A DNA stretch of 63,336 nt, filler included, from Octopus bimaculoides (GCF_001194135.2; 9 parts of 7 records of this genome joined end to end with filler, not necessarily neighbours in it); one strand, 5' to 3'. Shown: positions 38,485 through 50,171, counted from the whole stretch's first letter. The notes: generated from the letters alone by a model not told the origin. A program made the numbers and translations.

Positions 38485-38536
38485 CTGCAAAAAGCAGAAA
38501 CGCCACAAGGGAAATAAAAGTCATTCTTGAAATCAT
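38485..38536 (-). CDS. Candidate signal-peptide first coding exon
   Basis: In-frame TGA, then ACG-ATG: MISRMTFISLVAFLLFA followed by a phase-1 donor CAG|GTACGT. Confidence 0.3.
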
Positions 38537-38877
38537 CGTTCAACAACGAAACAGCAAGTCTTCTTCCAGGTATCTTATTTATGTACCTATATATAATAAC
38601 GTATCAGTGTATACACAACACCTAAAGCGTATATAGTATTTGAAGCAATTCTTCTACAAATGAAACCAATGAAGATTATCTGCAAAATGAACGCTCCTCT
38701 ATGAATAAATACCCTCCTCATAAGATAAATTCAAGCTTTGTTTAATTCAGCATTGTTATGACACAATTGATTTCATTGCTTTTTTCCCCGCTTCACTTCA
38801 CACAGAATGTGTTTCGTGACTGCATATTCATTCATGCAAGCCACCCTAGCTTTACTTCATTTTACACAAGCTGTATC

Positions 38878-38954
<77 letters not shown>

Positions 38955-40483
38955 TGTGTGTGTGTGTGTGTGTGCGCATTTCTTTTATCTGACTTGTTTT
39001 TCTGCTGATCACTTATAACGATCGGGAAAACTTTTGTCCCATTGTAAATACATTTATATATACCTGTACAGAGAAGATTGAAGCAATATTTACACCAAAA
39101 TATTCGTTACATTTAACCATATTCCTAATGTATGCGTTTAGGACAAAAAACACACACAACAAAACAAATAATATGTACTGATAAAGGGGCTAGCTTTTCC
39201 ACGGATATGAGCATAACTTTCAAAATCGATGAGAAAGAAAATATGTACGAATACCTATTTCAGAGTCTTCACTACTTTGAAGATAATTCGCAACTGCACC
39301 AGTAATTAAGTAGCACAAGGTTATTTTACTGAATGCCCAAAGAAAAGTACATACTTTCTACAAATTTAGTATGTAATCAGTACAACAAAAATATGCAAAA
39401 TGTTCTTCAACTTAAGCATTTACTGATGCTATCATCTAGTAATACATGCCCACGTGCACACACACGCAGAGACACCCGCGTACATATACACATACACACA
39501 CACATTATACATATATATCATACATATACACTTACATTCATCCATATACACACATACATACATGTGGAAATCGATAAATATCCATAAATATAACAGAAAT
39601 AGTTAGATGGATTGAACATGGTTTATTGTATTTCACTACAACTGTTTCAACACAACACTATCAGCTGTTCATTGCTTAATGTTAAATATATTTAACTTAG
39701 CGGTTCGGCAAAAGAGATCGATAGAATAAGTACTAGGCTTACAAAGAATAAGTCCTGGGGTCGATTTGTTTGACTAAAGGCAGTGCTCCAGTATGGCCAC
39801 AGTCAAATGACTGAAACAAGTAAAAGAGTAAAAGCGATATTATAAATAACACATTCCCATGTCATGATTATCACGAACAATAAAACTTAAATTACACCGA
39901 ATAAATTTTTTATAGGCATATGCTGAGGCTGACTTACGCAACATTACATGACCTGGAATACCATACCCATTGACTTAATTGAAATTTGAACCAAAAACTT
40001 ACAAATACTATAAATTAAGTGAAAGTAGCTACCAAAAGACCCACTAATAAAGATAACAATAATAGTGTAAGGATTATTAAAATAGTTCAAATAATTCTAA
40101 TATAAGTAATGATATCGACGTTAGTATAAATCAAGTGAATAAAGATGAGAATGTTGTAAACTTTAACGATAATCACGCTGGAGATAACAACAATGGGAGC
40201 AACGAATGTAGCAGCCACAACGATAATAACCATGGCAGTGTCACTATGAAGGAAATTTAAAAACATGAATAAAACTAGTAATAACCTATTTGAAAATAGT
40301 AATTTTAGAGACGAGACCACATTTCTCGTGAAAACAAGTGTCTCCGTAAGAACATTATATATAAATGTGCCGTCAGAATAAGCACAAATGTCTGTGCATG
40401 TACAGATGAAGCATCTCACCATTTCAACCATCATTTACATTATTTACAATTGACGTATATTTGTCCTCGTCTTATTTGTTGTT

Positions 40484-40530
40484 AACACAACGTTTCGGCT
40501 GATATACCCTCCAGCCTTCATCAGGTGTCT
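40484..40530 (-). ncRNA. Minimal type I hammerhead ribozyme motif, intact core
   Basis: Minus strand GACAC-CUGAUGA-A-GGCUG(gagggUaUaU)CAGCC-GAAA-CGUU-GUGUU: stem I GACAC/GUGUU, stem II GGCUG/CAGCC, palindromic ACGU stem III, GUU triplet. Activity not shown. Confidence 0.7.
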
Positions 40531-40599
40531 TCGGGAAATTTCGAACCTGGGTTCTCATTCCTAAGGTGTTTTCTTTCGATGTTGTTGCTGTTGTTGTTG

Positions 40600-40680
<81 letters not shown>

Positions 40681-42035
40681 TCACTGTCTGGAATCGAACT
40701 CGGAATCTTGGGGATTAAATCTTGGGGATTAAATCTTGGGGATTAAATCTTAACCACAACGCCATATGCCCGTGGGCAATTATGGAGTGAATTATAGGGC
40801 TTATAAATCTAATAATTTCCTATCCTTCCTTAATACCGGTTCTCATATGCTACTCATATCTGCACTCGGTCTGCTTAGGAGGTTGTTGTGTCCTAGCATA
40901 TGTGCTGCTTCTTTTAGTTTTCGTATTTTACAGTGGTGTTCTCTATTATTTTAACTTCATCCCACAGGGGGAGGTGGTTTCCATTTTTTCAAATTCTCAA
41001 AGTATTCCATGTATATATTGGCTATCATCGGTGATAATGGCAAACCCATAGCTAAACCCTCTTCTTGTCGATATATATCGGTGTCCATACTGATATATTA
41101 GTGCGTTCTTTTAGATGGGTGCTGTCACTAGTTTTTCTTGAATCACCGATAGTGCTTCACCAGTTAGTGAAATGACTTATCACATCTAGACTCACTATCT
41201 GGTTGGATTCAATGGGGGTATCCTTGATCGATTCTGTGAAGTGGGTGGAATTCTTCACGTACGATGTTGACTTTCCTGCTAATGGACTGATTATATCCAC
41301 AAGGAAGCGTTCAGTGGATGACATGCTGAACCTCTACAGCTCACTATAGGTCTTAATGGAATACTATCGTTGTGAATTTTAGGAAGACCGTACACGTGTG
41401 GTAGTTTACTGTAGTGTTGAGTCAGTTGTCTGTACTTCATTGGTGTAAAGTGATCCTTGTTCTTGATCAAGATCTGTGACAACTTCCTCTCTGTTTTCAA
41501 AGTAGGGTCTTTCTTTACTTTGCTGTAGCAACCATCACTTATAAGACTTNNNNNNNNNNNNNNNNNNNNNNNNNNNNNNNNNNNNNNNNNNNNNNNNNNN
41601 NNNNNNNNNNNNNNNNNNNNNNNNNNNNNNNNNNNNNNNNNNNNNNNNNNNNNNNNNNNNNNNNNNNNNNNNNNNNNNNNNNNNNNNNNNNNNNNNNNNN
41701 NNNNNNNNNNNNNNNNNNNNNNNNNNNNNNNNNNNNNNNNNNNNNNNNNNNNNNNNNNNNNNNNNNNNNNNNNNNNNNNNNNNNNNNNNNNNNNNNNNNN
41801 NNNNNNNNNNNNNNNNNNNNNNNNNNNNNNNNNNNNNNNNNNNNNNNNNNNNNNNNNNNNNNNNNNNNNNNNNNNNNNNNNNNNNNNNNNNNNNNNNNNN
41901 NNNNNNNNNNNNNNNNNNNNNNNNNNNNNNNNNNNNNNNNNNNNNNNNNNNNNNNNNNNNNNNNNNNNNNNNNNNNNNNNNNNNNNNNNNNNNNNNNNNN
42001 NNNNNNNNNNNNNNNNNNNNNNNNNNNNNNNNNNN

Positions 42036-42111
<76 letters not shown>

Positions 42112-42158
42112 TCGAAAAAAACCTTTGGAATGAGAACCCAGGTTCAAAATTTCCCCAA

Positions 42159-42204
42159 GACACCTGATGAAGGCTGGAGGGCATATCAGCTGAAACGTTT
42201 TGTT
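42159..42204 (+). ncRNA. Minimal hammerhead motif, second terminus of the 40433-42293 insertion
   Basis: CTGATGA 42164-42170, GGCTG/CAGCT stem II, GAAACGTT 42192-42199; stem I partner has one substitution. Confidence 0.6.
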
Positions 42205-42831
42205 AACAACAAACAAGATGAGGGCAAATATCCGTCAATTGTAAATACTGTACATAATGTACATAAAACCTCATCTCTTAAATATAGAACTGTATTTCAA
42301 CCATCGTTGACACAATCACAATAGATCATTTACGGGCATCTGCAGAAGACACAACACATCAGTCGTAGACCTGATCTGGAGCTTCAAAGAAACAAAGACA
42401 CACTAAAACATGACATGGTCAGTGGTACGGAATGCGTAGCCGTACAATGGATATTAAAAATCATGCAATCTCCGCTTAGATGAGACACTATGTATTTTAC
42501 TTTGCAATGAAAAAATCATTAACAGGCACCCTGAAATCGTTCAAAATTGTAAACAAAGACACAAAAGCTCGTTGTTGGAATTAAATAAACCAGAACCGCT
42601 TGTCAAGCACTGGTGGGTTGAGGACAAACACAAGCACAAAGACATTCACACACGTATACATACAACGGACTTCTCTCTGTTTCGTCTACCAAATCCACCT
42701 ACAAGACTTTGATCGGCTATAGAAGATGGCTACAGAAGAGACACTTTCTCAAAGTGCCACGCAGTGAGACAGAACCCGCAACCATGTAGTTAGAAGCAAG
42801 CTCCCACCAAATAGCTACGCTTGCGCATATA

Positions 42832-44008
42832 CACGGGTTGGAAAAAATAATGGAAACACCTTAAAATTTCAAACAAATTTCTTATTATATGGAGTAATCA
42901 CAACTGGAAATCTACGAGGTATGGACTCGTACAAAGTTGGAATTGTTTCCAAAGGAATTTTTGTCTGTTCTTCAGGTAAAACAGTCTCCAGTTCTTGCAG
43001 TGGTGATGGTGGAGGATATCGACTCCTTGCTTTTCTAAAATGCACCATAAACGTTCAATAATATTGAGATCTGGGGACTGTGGTGGCCAGATAATCAGAA
43101 CATCTTCTAGTGAAGATGTTCAACTTCACTAGAATGTGCCTCGTGCCATTCAGTAACAACTTCAGCTGTGTGAATTGGTGCATTATCATCCTGAAAGATT
43201 TCGTTTCCCCCTGGAAAAAGTTCCGTAACCATAGGATGAATTTGATCAAATAAAATGTTTAAACAGTCTTGACTATTAATTCTGCATGAAGGGAAACAAT
43301 TGGGCCAGAGGATTTCCAAGATACAGCCCCCAGATCTTCCTCCATGTTTAACAGTTAGAAGAAGGCAGTCAGGGTCAAATACATCTTTTGGCTGTCTCCA
43401 CACGTATACTCGACTGGAAATAAGGTAAACGATGAACGATGACTCGTCTGAGAAAATAACATTCTTCCACTGCTCTAGGGACCAATTCTGTAGGCTTTTA
43501 CTCCAATCTAAACGCTTTGCAATGTTTAGTTTTGAAAGTAGTGGTTTTCTGATCGCAGCCCTCCTGTGAAATCCGGCTTTGTGCAGCTTTCGGAGTACAG
43601 TTTTTGTGGAAACTGGGTTTTCTGCAGTAATTTTGGGAGCTGTACTTTTGTGATCCTTTCTAACAATTCGTGTAAGAGTCCGACGGTCTCTATCTGAAAG
43701 TTTTGGTTTTCTTCCGGAGTTTTGTTTTGACGAGGAGGTTTTCTCTCTTCCTCAAAGGCTTTCATTACTTTCGAGGCAGTACTTCTTGATACACCAAACA
43801 TTTCGGCTGTTTTCGTTACGCTAGTGCCTGCCATACGAGCACCAACAATTTGACCTATTTGAAAGTCCGATAGATCTGTCATTTTAATTAATTTAAATTT
43901 CCTTTTTCTGATGATATCTGAAAAGACACAGCAATTTTAGCAAAACATATTAAGCAACTGTAATGATAAATCAAACAACATAAAAGCAAACAAACTTTTG
44001 ACGGTTTT
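42832..44008 (-). mobile_element. Tc1-family transposon, frameshifted transposase
   Basis: DLSDFQIGQIVGARMAGTSVTKTAEMFGVSRST HTH, TVKHGG, FQDDNAPIHTA; TA|CACGGGTTGGAAAAAATAATGGAAACACC terminus at 42832. Confidence 0.88.
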
Positions 44009-44334
44009 NNNNNNNNNNNNNNNNNNNNNNNNNNNNNNNNNNNNNNNNNNNNNNNNNNNNNNNNNNNNNNNNNNNNNNNNNNNNNNNNNNNNNNNNNNNN
44101 NNNNNNNNNNNNNNNNNNNNNNNNNNNNNNNNNNNNNNNNNNNNNNNNNNNNNNNNNNNNNNNNNNNNNNNNNNNNNNNNNNNNNNNNNNNNNNNNNNNN
44201 NNNNNNNNNNNNNNNNNNNNNNNNNNNNNNNNNNNNNNATATATACATACATACATATATACATACATATATATAAATATGTGTGTGTGTGTGTTTTGTA
44301 CATTAGTGTGCATCGATGAGCACAACTTTCAATA

Positions 44335-44460
44335 TATTATGGATATTTGTTCTCATTTTGTTTGTTGTTAACACGTTTCGGTTGATATACCCTTCAGCCT
44401 TCATTAGGTGTCTTGGGGAAATTTCTAACCTGGGTTCTTATTCCTAAGGCATTTTCGATG
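44335..44460 (-). mobile_element. Penelope-like terminal module (degenerate hammerhead)
   Basis: Colinear with 40441-40570; core reads CTAATGA. Confidence 0.8.
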
Positions 44461-44476
44461 TTATTATTATTATTAC

Positions 44477-44512
<36 letters not shown>

Positions 44513-44544
44513 CATTATTATTATTATTATTATTATTATCATTA

Positions 44545-44762
44545 TTGTTCAGTAGTTTTATTTTCATAACGTGCTTTCACTTCACTACCGAGCGCAGCTC
44601 TGTGTGCCTTGGGTATGTGCTGTGGTTTGCTGTGGTGCTCTTATGGTTACTGTATTGAAAGTGTTTTGCGTAGGATGTGTGCAGTGCCCAGTAGTGCAAT
44701 TTTCTGTATGCTATATATATTTGTAAGTCCTGGTGTTTTTGTTATGTATTTGTCTGAATATT
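44545..44762 (-). mobile_element. R4/Dong-clade 3' end, second subfamily
   Basis: IQKIALLGTAHILRKTLSIQ* plus 3' UTR ending in (AAT)n. Confidence 0.75.
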
Positions 44763-45900
44763 NNNNNNNNNNNNNNNNNNNNNNNNNNNNNNNNNNNNNN
44801 NNNNNNNNNNNNNNNNNNNNNNNNNNNNNNNNNNNNNNNNNNNNNNNNNNNNNNNNNNNNNNNNNNNNNNNNNNNNNNNNNNNNNNNNNNNNNNNNNNNN
44901 NNNNNNNNNNNNNNNNNNNNNNNNNNNNNNNNNNNNNNNNNNNNNNNNNNNNNNNNNNNNNNNNNNNNNNNNNNNNNNNNNNNNNNNNNNNNNNNNNNNN
45001 NNNNNNNNNNNNNNNNNNNNNNNNNNNNNNNNNNNNNNNNNNNNNNNNNNNNNNNNNNNNNNNNNNNNNNNNNNNNNNNNNNNNNNNNNNNNNNNNNNNN
45101 NNNNNNNNNNNNNNNNNNNNNNNNNNNNNNNNNNNNNNNNNNNNNNNNNNNNNNNNNNNNNNNNNNNNNNNNNNNNNNNNNNNNNNNNNNNNNNNNNNNN
45201 NNNNNNNNNNNNNNNNNNNNNNNNNNNNNNNNNNNNNNNNNNNNNNNNNNNNNNNNNNNNNNNNNNNNNNNNNNNNNNNNNNNNNNNNNNNNNNNNNNNN
45301 NNNNNNNNNNNNNNNNNNNNNNNNNNNNNNNNNNNNNNNNNNNNNNNNNNNNNNNNNNNNNNNNNNNNNNNNNNNNNNNNNNNNNNNNNNNNNNNNNNNN
45401 NNNNNNNNNNNNNNNNNNNNNNNNNNNNNNNNNNNNNNNNNNNNNNNNNNNNNNNNNNNNNNNNNNNNNNNNNNNNNNNNNNNNNNNNNNNNNNNNNNNN
45501 NNNNNNNNNNNNNNNNNNNNNNNNNNNNNNNNNCACTCTCGCATGTATTGATGGTTTTCAATATTCTTTCCCGATAAAAATATGTATGGTATAAAAAAAG
45601 AAAATTTGAAAAATTATGTATTTTTTGCAGCCTCACTCCCTGCGTCAAATTGTTTCTGTTTAGAAATTAAAATACTGGAGAACCTGAGACGGTCATTGCT
45701 GGCATTTATCCACAGTAATTTAAAAATATTACGGATATATATTTGCATAGCAAGTGACTTGATCTGAGATCGTGTGCTGAAACAAAAACAATTTCAGCAT
45801 AGATGTTTGTAAACCATTCAAGAACATACAGAAACCGTTAGTTTCACGGCACTACTTAAATACAGAAGTCCTGATGCATCTACGTAACAATATAAAGGGG

Positions 45901-45938
45901 AGGGTTAGTTTTAGGGTTAGTTAGGGTTAGGGTTAGGG
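45901..45938 (+). repeat. Short interstitial TTAGGG tract
   Basis: TTAGGG at 45911, then three tandem units 45921-45938. Confidence 0.85.
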
Positions 45939-46125
45939 TGTCAATACACGTCCAGACAACGTTCATTTAAAGTGTTTTGTACGTAACACGTGTATTTAAG
46001 TAGTACCAGTTTCACTTCAACTTTAAAATTTCATTTGTGTCAAAAGATTTTTTTCGCTTTGAAACCGTGATTTGTTCACTGACAAAACTTCGTAAAAGTA
46101 ATGCAGCACAAAGTTTTGTCCGTGA

Positions 46126-46182
<57 letters not shown>

Positions 46183-47309
46183 ATTCATTGTCTTTCATTT
46201 GTGTGTATGTGTATCTATATGTGTGCGCGATTGCGTCGCTGTTGAAGTCGCTTGTGCAACTTGTTTGTGTATATTTTGGCTTAGTGGTACATACTGTTTG
46301 AAAACTGTAAATTAGGTGCAAGTTCCGAGCACTTGTCAGTAACTTTTTTTCTCCTCGTCTTCTAATGGTAATTACCCAACTTTCTAGGCTCTTCTCACAG
46401 CTATCTCGCGTTCAAAAATGATGCGAGTATTTTCAAATTTTTCATCCAATAAATAAAAGATTACGTATACATTAATAGAATAAACTGTCGGTTTTCCAAA
46501 TAGCGAATGAAAACGTTAAAGAGAAAATGAGGGGCTTTGCAAATGAGAATGGAAAACTCCGCAGTGAATGCCATGAATATTTAAATTTGCGAGAAATTGG
46601 AGTTTAGAAAATCCAAGAAACTTGAGAAATCGAAATTATAGGAAATTTCTTAGAACATAAAAATATTTCCAGACGGTTAACCCATTAATAATTGTTTTCT
46701 TTTAGTACTTTTAGTAATTGTTACGTATCTAAATAATAAGCAACTTTTTCCATTATAGTAGAAATGTTGATAACACAAAAATCTGATGCTCTGTGATCTC
46801 ATATCCATATCATCGGAAAATTCGATAAAAAAGGTTTCTTTTGTTTCAAAGAAACTCCATCCAGGTGTTTTCAAAATATTCTGTCTCCCCTTCCCCCTCT
46901 CTCAGTGACTCGTTCCTCTGCTTTGAGAAGACCACATGACACCCCCCCTCTCTCTCTGTTTGTGTACAATTGTTGCTAACCTCGTTCCACTTTCTGACCC
47001 GAACCATAGCAATCCCATAATTCCTGAGTTAGCCAGACGAAATGTCGGAACAACCTGGCGGTAAGTTTGAATCTTTTTTTTTATCCAAAGCATCTGTTTT
47101 CACTATTATATTTTTGGAGTGTTCTGAANNNNNNNNNNNNNNNNNNNNNNNNNNTAAATAAATTTTAATAACGTTATTTTTTCCGTTTTGCTGAAATTGA
47201 CTTAAAATTTACTCAGACAATTTACGTGTGTTCTTTTTCAAAGTAGCCTTTTTCAAAGTAGCCTTTTTCAAAGTAGCCTTTTTCAAAACTTGATAGTTTT
47301 TCAATCTTT

Positions 47310-47950
47310 TATGATATATTAGGGGAAAAATATGGAATCGATGCAGGAATCGGAATTCAGAGATCCAAAAATATATCTATTGAGCCCCAACGATATTATA
47401 GAATGCTTTATAACAAAATTATCAGTACAATAGTTGACCAAATAAAAGCACGATATTCATCCTTAGAAGAGTTTAAATTCATGAACTTTTGAATTCCAAC
47501 AAAGTAGATGAGTATTGCAAACAATTTCCTGTGGACTCTATAGATTCTTTAAAAATCACTTATGGCAGATTTTTTGATGTAATACGATTACAAAGTGAGC
47601 TCAATGTGATGTATTCAATAAAAGATTTTAAAAAGCGAAGTGTAAGTCATTTAATGAGTTACATTTACAGCAGTGACCTTGTTGAAGCTATACCAGAACT
47701 CTTCAATCTGTGCAAGTTGATTTTGACAATTCCGTCTACCACTGCTTCTGTAGAGCGATCCTTTTCTGCATTAAGTAGAATCAAAACATACCAAAGAAAC
47801 GCGACAGGAGAAAGAAGACTGTCTGGGTTAGCACTAATGTCAATTGAAAATGATTTATTATAACAATTGATGAAAAAAGAAGATTTCTATGAAAATATGA
47901 TAGATATATTTGCCCAGAAAGATCGAAGAATTGAATTAATTTAGAAATTA
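47310..47950 (+). mobile_element. hAT transposase C-terminal (dimerisation) domain relic
   Basis: IPELFNLCKLILTIPSTTASVERSFSALSRIKTYQRNATGERRLSGLALMSIE. Confidence 0.85.
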
Positions 47951-48169
47951 GGTAAATAGCATTTTAGAACATTAAAAACAAACTTAATATATTAAAGGGC
48001 ATATATTGCAGGTTTTGGTTAGTGTTTGTTATAAAGATAAGGTTCGACCTTCTTACATCAGTATTGTTTNNNNNNNNNNNNNNNNNNNNNNNNNNNNNNN
48101 NNNNNNNNNNNNNTTAATTAATTAANNNNNNNNNNNNNNNNNNNNNNNNNNNNNNNNNNNNNNNNNNNN

Positions 48170-48329
48170 TAGACTGTTGCGTGGTAAGTAACTTGCTTCC
48201 CAACCACATGGCTCCGAGTTCAGTCCCGCTGCGCAGCACCTTGAGCACGTGTCTTCTACTATAGCCTGGGGCCGACCAAAGCCCTGTGAGTGGATTTGGT
48301 AAACGGAAACTGAAAGAAACCTGTCGTAA

Positions 48330-48367
<38 letters not shown>

Positions 48368-48590
48368 CGTGCGCGCGCGCGTGTATGTTTGTGTGCCTGT
48401 GTTTGTTCCCCCACCATCGCTTGACAACCGATATTGGTGTGTTTACTGTTCCATAACCTAGGGGTTCGGCAAAAGACACCGATAAGAATAAGTACTAGGC
48501 TTACAGACAATAAGTCCTGGAGTTGATTTGTTCGACTAAAGTCGGTGCTCCAACATAGCCGCAGTCAAATGATTGAAACAAGTAAAAGAA
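48170..48590 (+). mobile_element. SINE family A, near full length
   Basis: Colinear with 6818-7270; internal (GT)n. Confidence 0.85.
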
Positions 48591-49508
48591 TTTAAAAAAA
48601 TATATATATATGTATGTATGTATGTATGTATGCATATGAAATTTTGAATTTAGTTCACCGACCCCCAGTACTACCTTTGCGGGCCACCAGGTATCCGCAG
48701 AGCCCAGGTTGGGAGCTATTGATGTAGGACTCGTTACTTACACACCGCCCTAACCATCAGTCCCAAATAAATGTTTGAAGCTTAGGGATAAAGATGAAAA
48801 GTTTGAGGAGGACTAGTCAGCATTATCGACCTCAGTGCATGACTGGTACTTTATTTTGTCGAGCGTGATACAATGAAAGGGAAAGTAGACATCGGTGGAA
48901 TTTGAAATCTGAGAAACGCAGTAAAGAGTCGGATCAATGAAATTCATTAAGCATTTTGTTCGACGCACTAACGTTTCTGCCAGCTCCCCACCTTGTCGTA
49001 ATCATTAATAGCCACAAGAACAAGAAAAGTAAAACGCCAAACTCAGTTACCTTCACAAACTTTATGATGAGGAAACAGCAGCAGCAGCAGTGAAATGAAG
49101 AAGTGCGTCTGTTAAAGAAATCAAAACTGCCAACGTTACTTCAGACACTTGCCTCCCCTGTTGACTTAGACACTTAAACACTCCTATAAACTGTCATTCC
49201 CAAGGAAACAACATACAATTACACAGACGTATGTCATATATATAACGATGTATGTATGTACGTATATATAAGTATATACATATATATGTATATACATATA
49301 TATGTATATATATATATATATGTGTATATATATGTATATATATATACATATATATACACACACATATATACATATAGACAGACAGATAGATAGATACAGA
49401 TAGAGAAAGAGAGGGAGAGAGAGATTACAAGAAAACTTTTTTATGCATGTGTATGTGTGTGTAATATATACATACATACATACGTACACACATACACATA
49501 TATATATG

Positions 49509-49565
<57 letters not shown>

Positions 49566-49744
49566 TTATATAAATAGGCATAAATCCACATACAAATATA
49601 CATATAGACATACATACACAACGCACGAACGTACGCAGACACAACCGTACACACGTATAACCCAGGACAAAAAGGGAGCGGTAATGGGGGGGGGGCGAAG
49701 CTGCTTATGTATACACGCAAGAGTATATATGTTAGAGTTTTGAT

Positions 49745-50065
49745 AGAAGTTGACATACACAAACAAACGTTCCCATATATCATGTGACCGACTGACGGGC
49801 AACCAATGGAAATCCTGCCATCCACAGTAACTGAGACAAACGGGATATTGTGACCAAAAGATATTCGTCACGTCATATTGACGGGAAGGAGCGGAGCACC
49901 AAAGCCGTGCGGATGGGGTAGCAATCTTGCAGACAGCTGAGCCAGGATAGCTTTCGTAGAGTATACTGCGGAATATGCAGCCAGCGAGGTTGCAAGTCAT
50001 TTGTTGATATTAGTTGGTGGGTCAGTAGTGACACTACTGATTGTACAGGAGCTACTGCTAGGTAT
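49745..50065. promoter_or_regulatory. CpG-rich candidate promoter / first-exon region
   Basis: Non-repeat CpG-rich island with CCAAT (49803), TGACGTGA on minus (49868-49875), CATGTG E-box (49781); splice-donor-like sites face outward on both sides. Motif-level inference only. Confidence 0.35.
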
Positions 50066-50080
50066 AGGTGTACACACGCA

Positions 50081-50119
<39 letters not shown>

Positions 50120-50171
50120 TCCAGTGAACTGAAACAAATAAATGATAAAAGTTAAAAGATATATATATATA

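Larger units (their letters stand above)
40433..42293 (-). mobile_element. Penelope-like retroelement insertion, internally deleted, with inverted hammerhead-bearing terminal repeats
   Basis: RT motif YGLPKIHNDSIPLRPIVS (41291-41549, -); GIY-YIG C-terminus matching 11.9-12.1 kb; terminal module on - at 40433-40570 and on + at 42037-42293; flanked by ATTTCAACCATC at 40421-40432 and 42294-42305. Confidence 0.85.

Noticed and set aside
46650-46870. Minus-strand FFIEFSDDMD..LLFRYVT resembling a hAT catalytic region
   Set aside because: Similarity too weak to support without an HMM search.
47232-47290. Three tandem 15-mers TTTTTCAAAGTAGCC
   Set aside because: No spacers, so not CRISPR-like; a simple local slippage duplication.
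49566-50000. 144-aa minus ORF over the CpG-rich island
   Set aside because: Cys/Trp-rich, runs into microsatellite, no recognisable motif; treated as promoter/UTR candidate instead.
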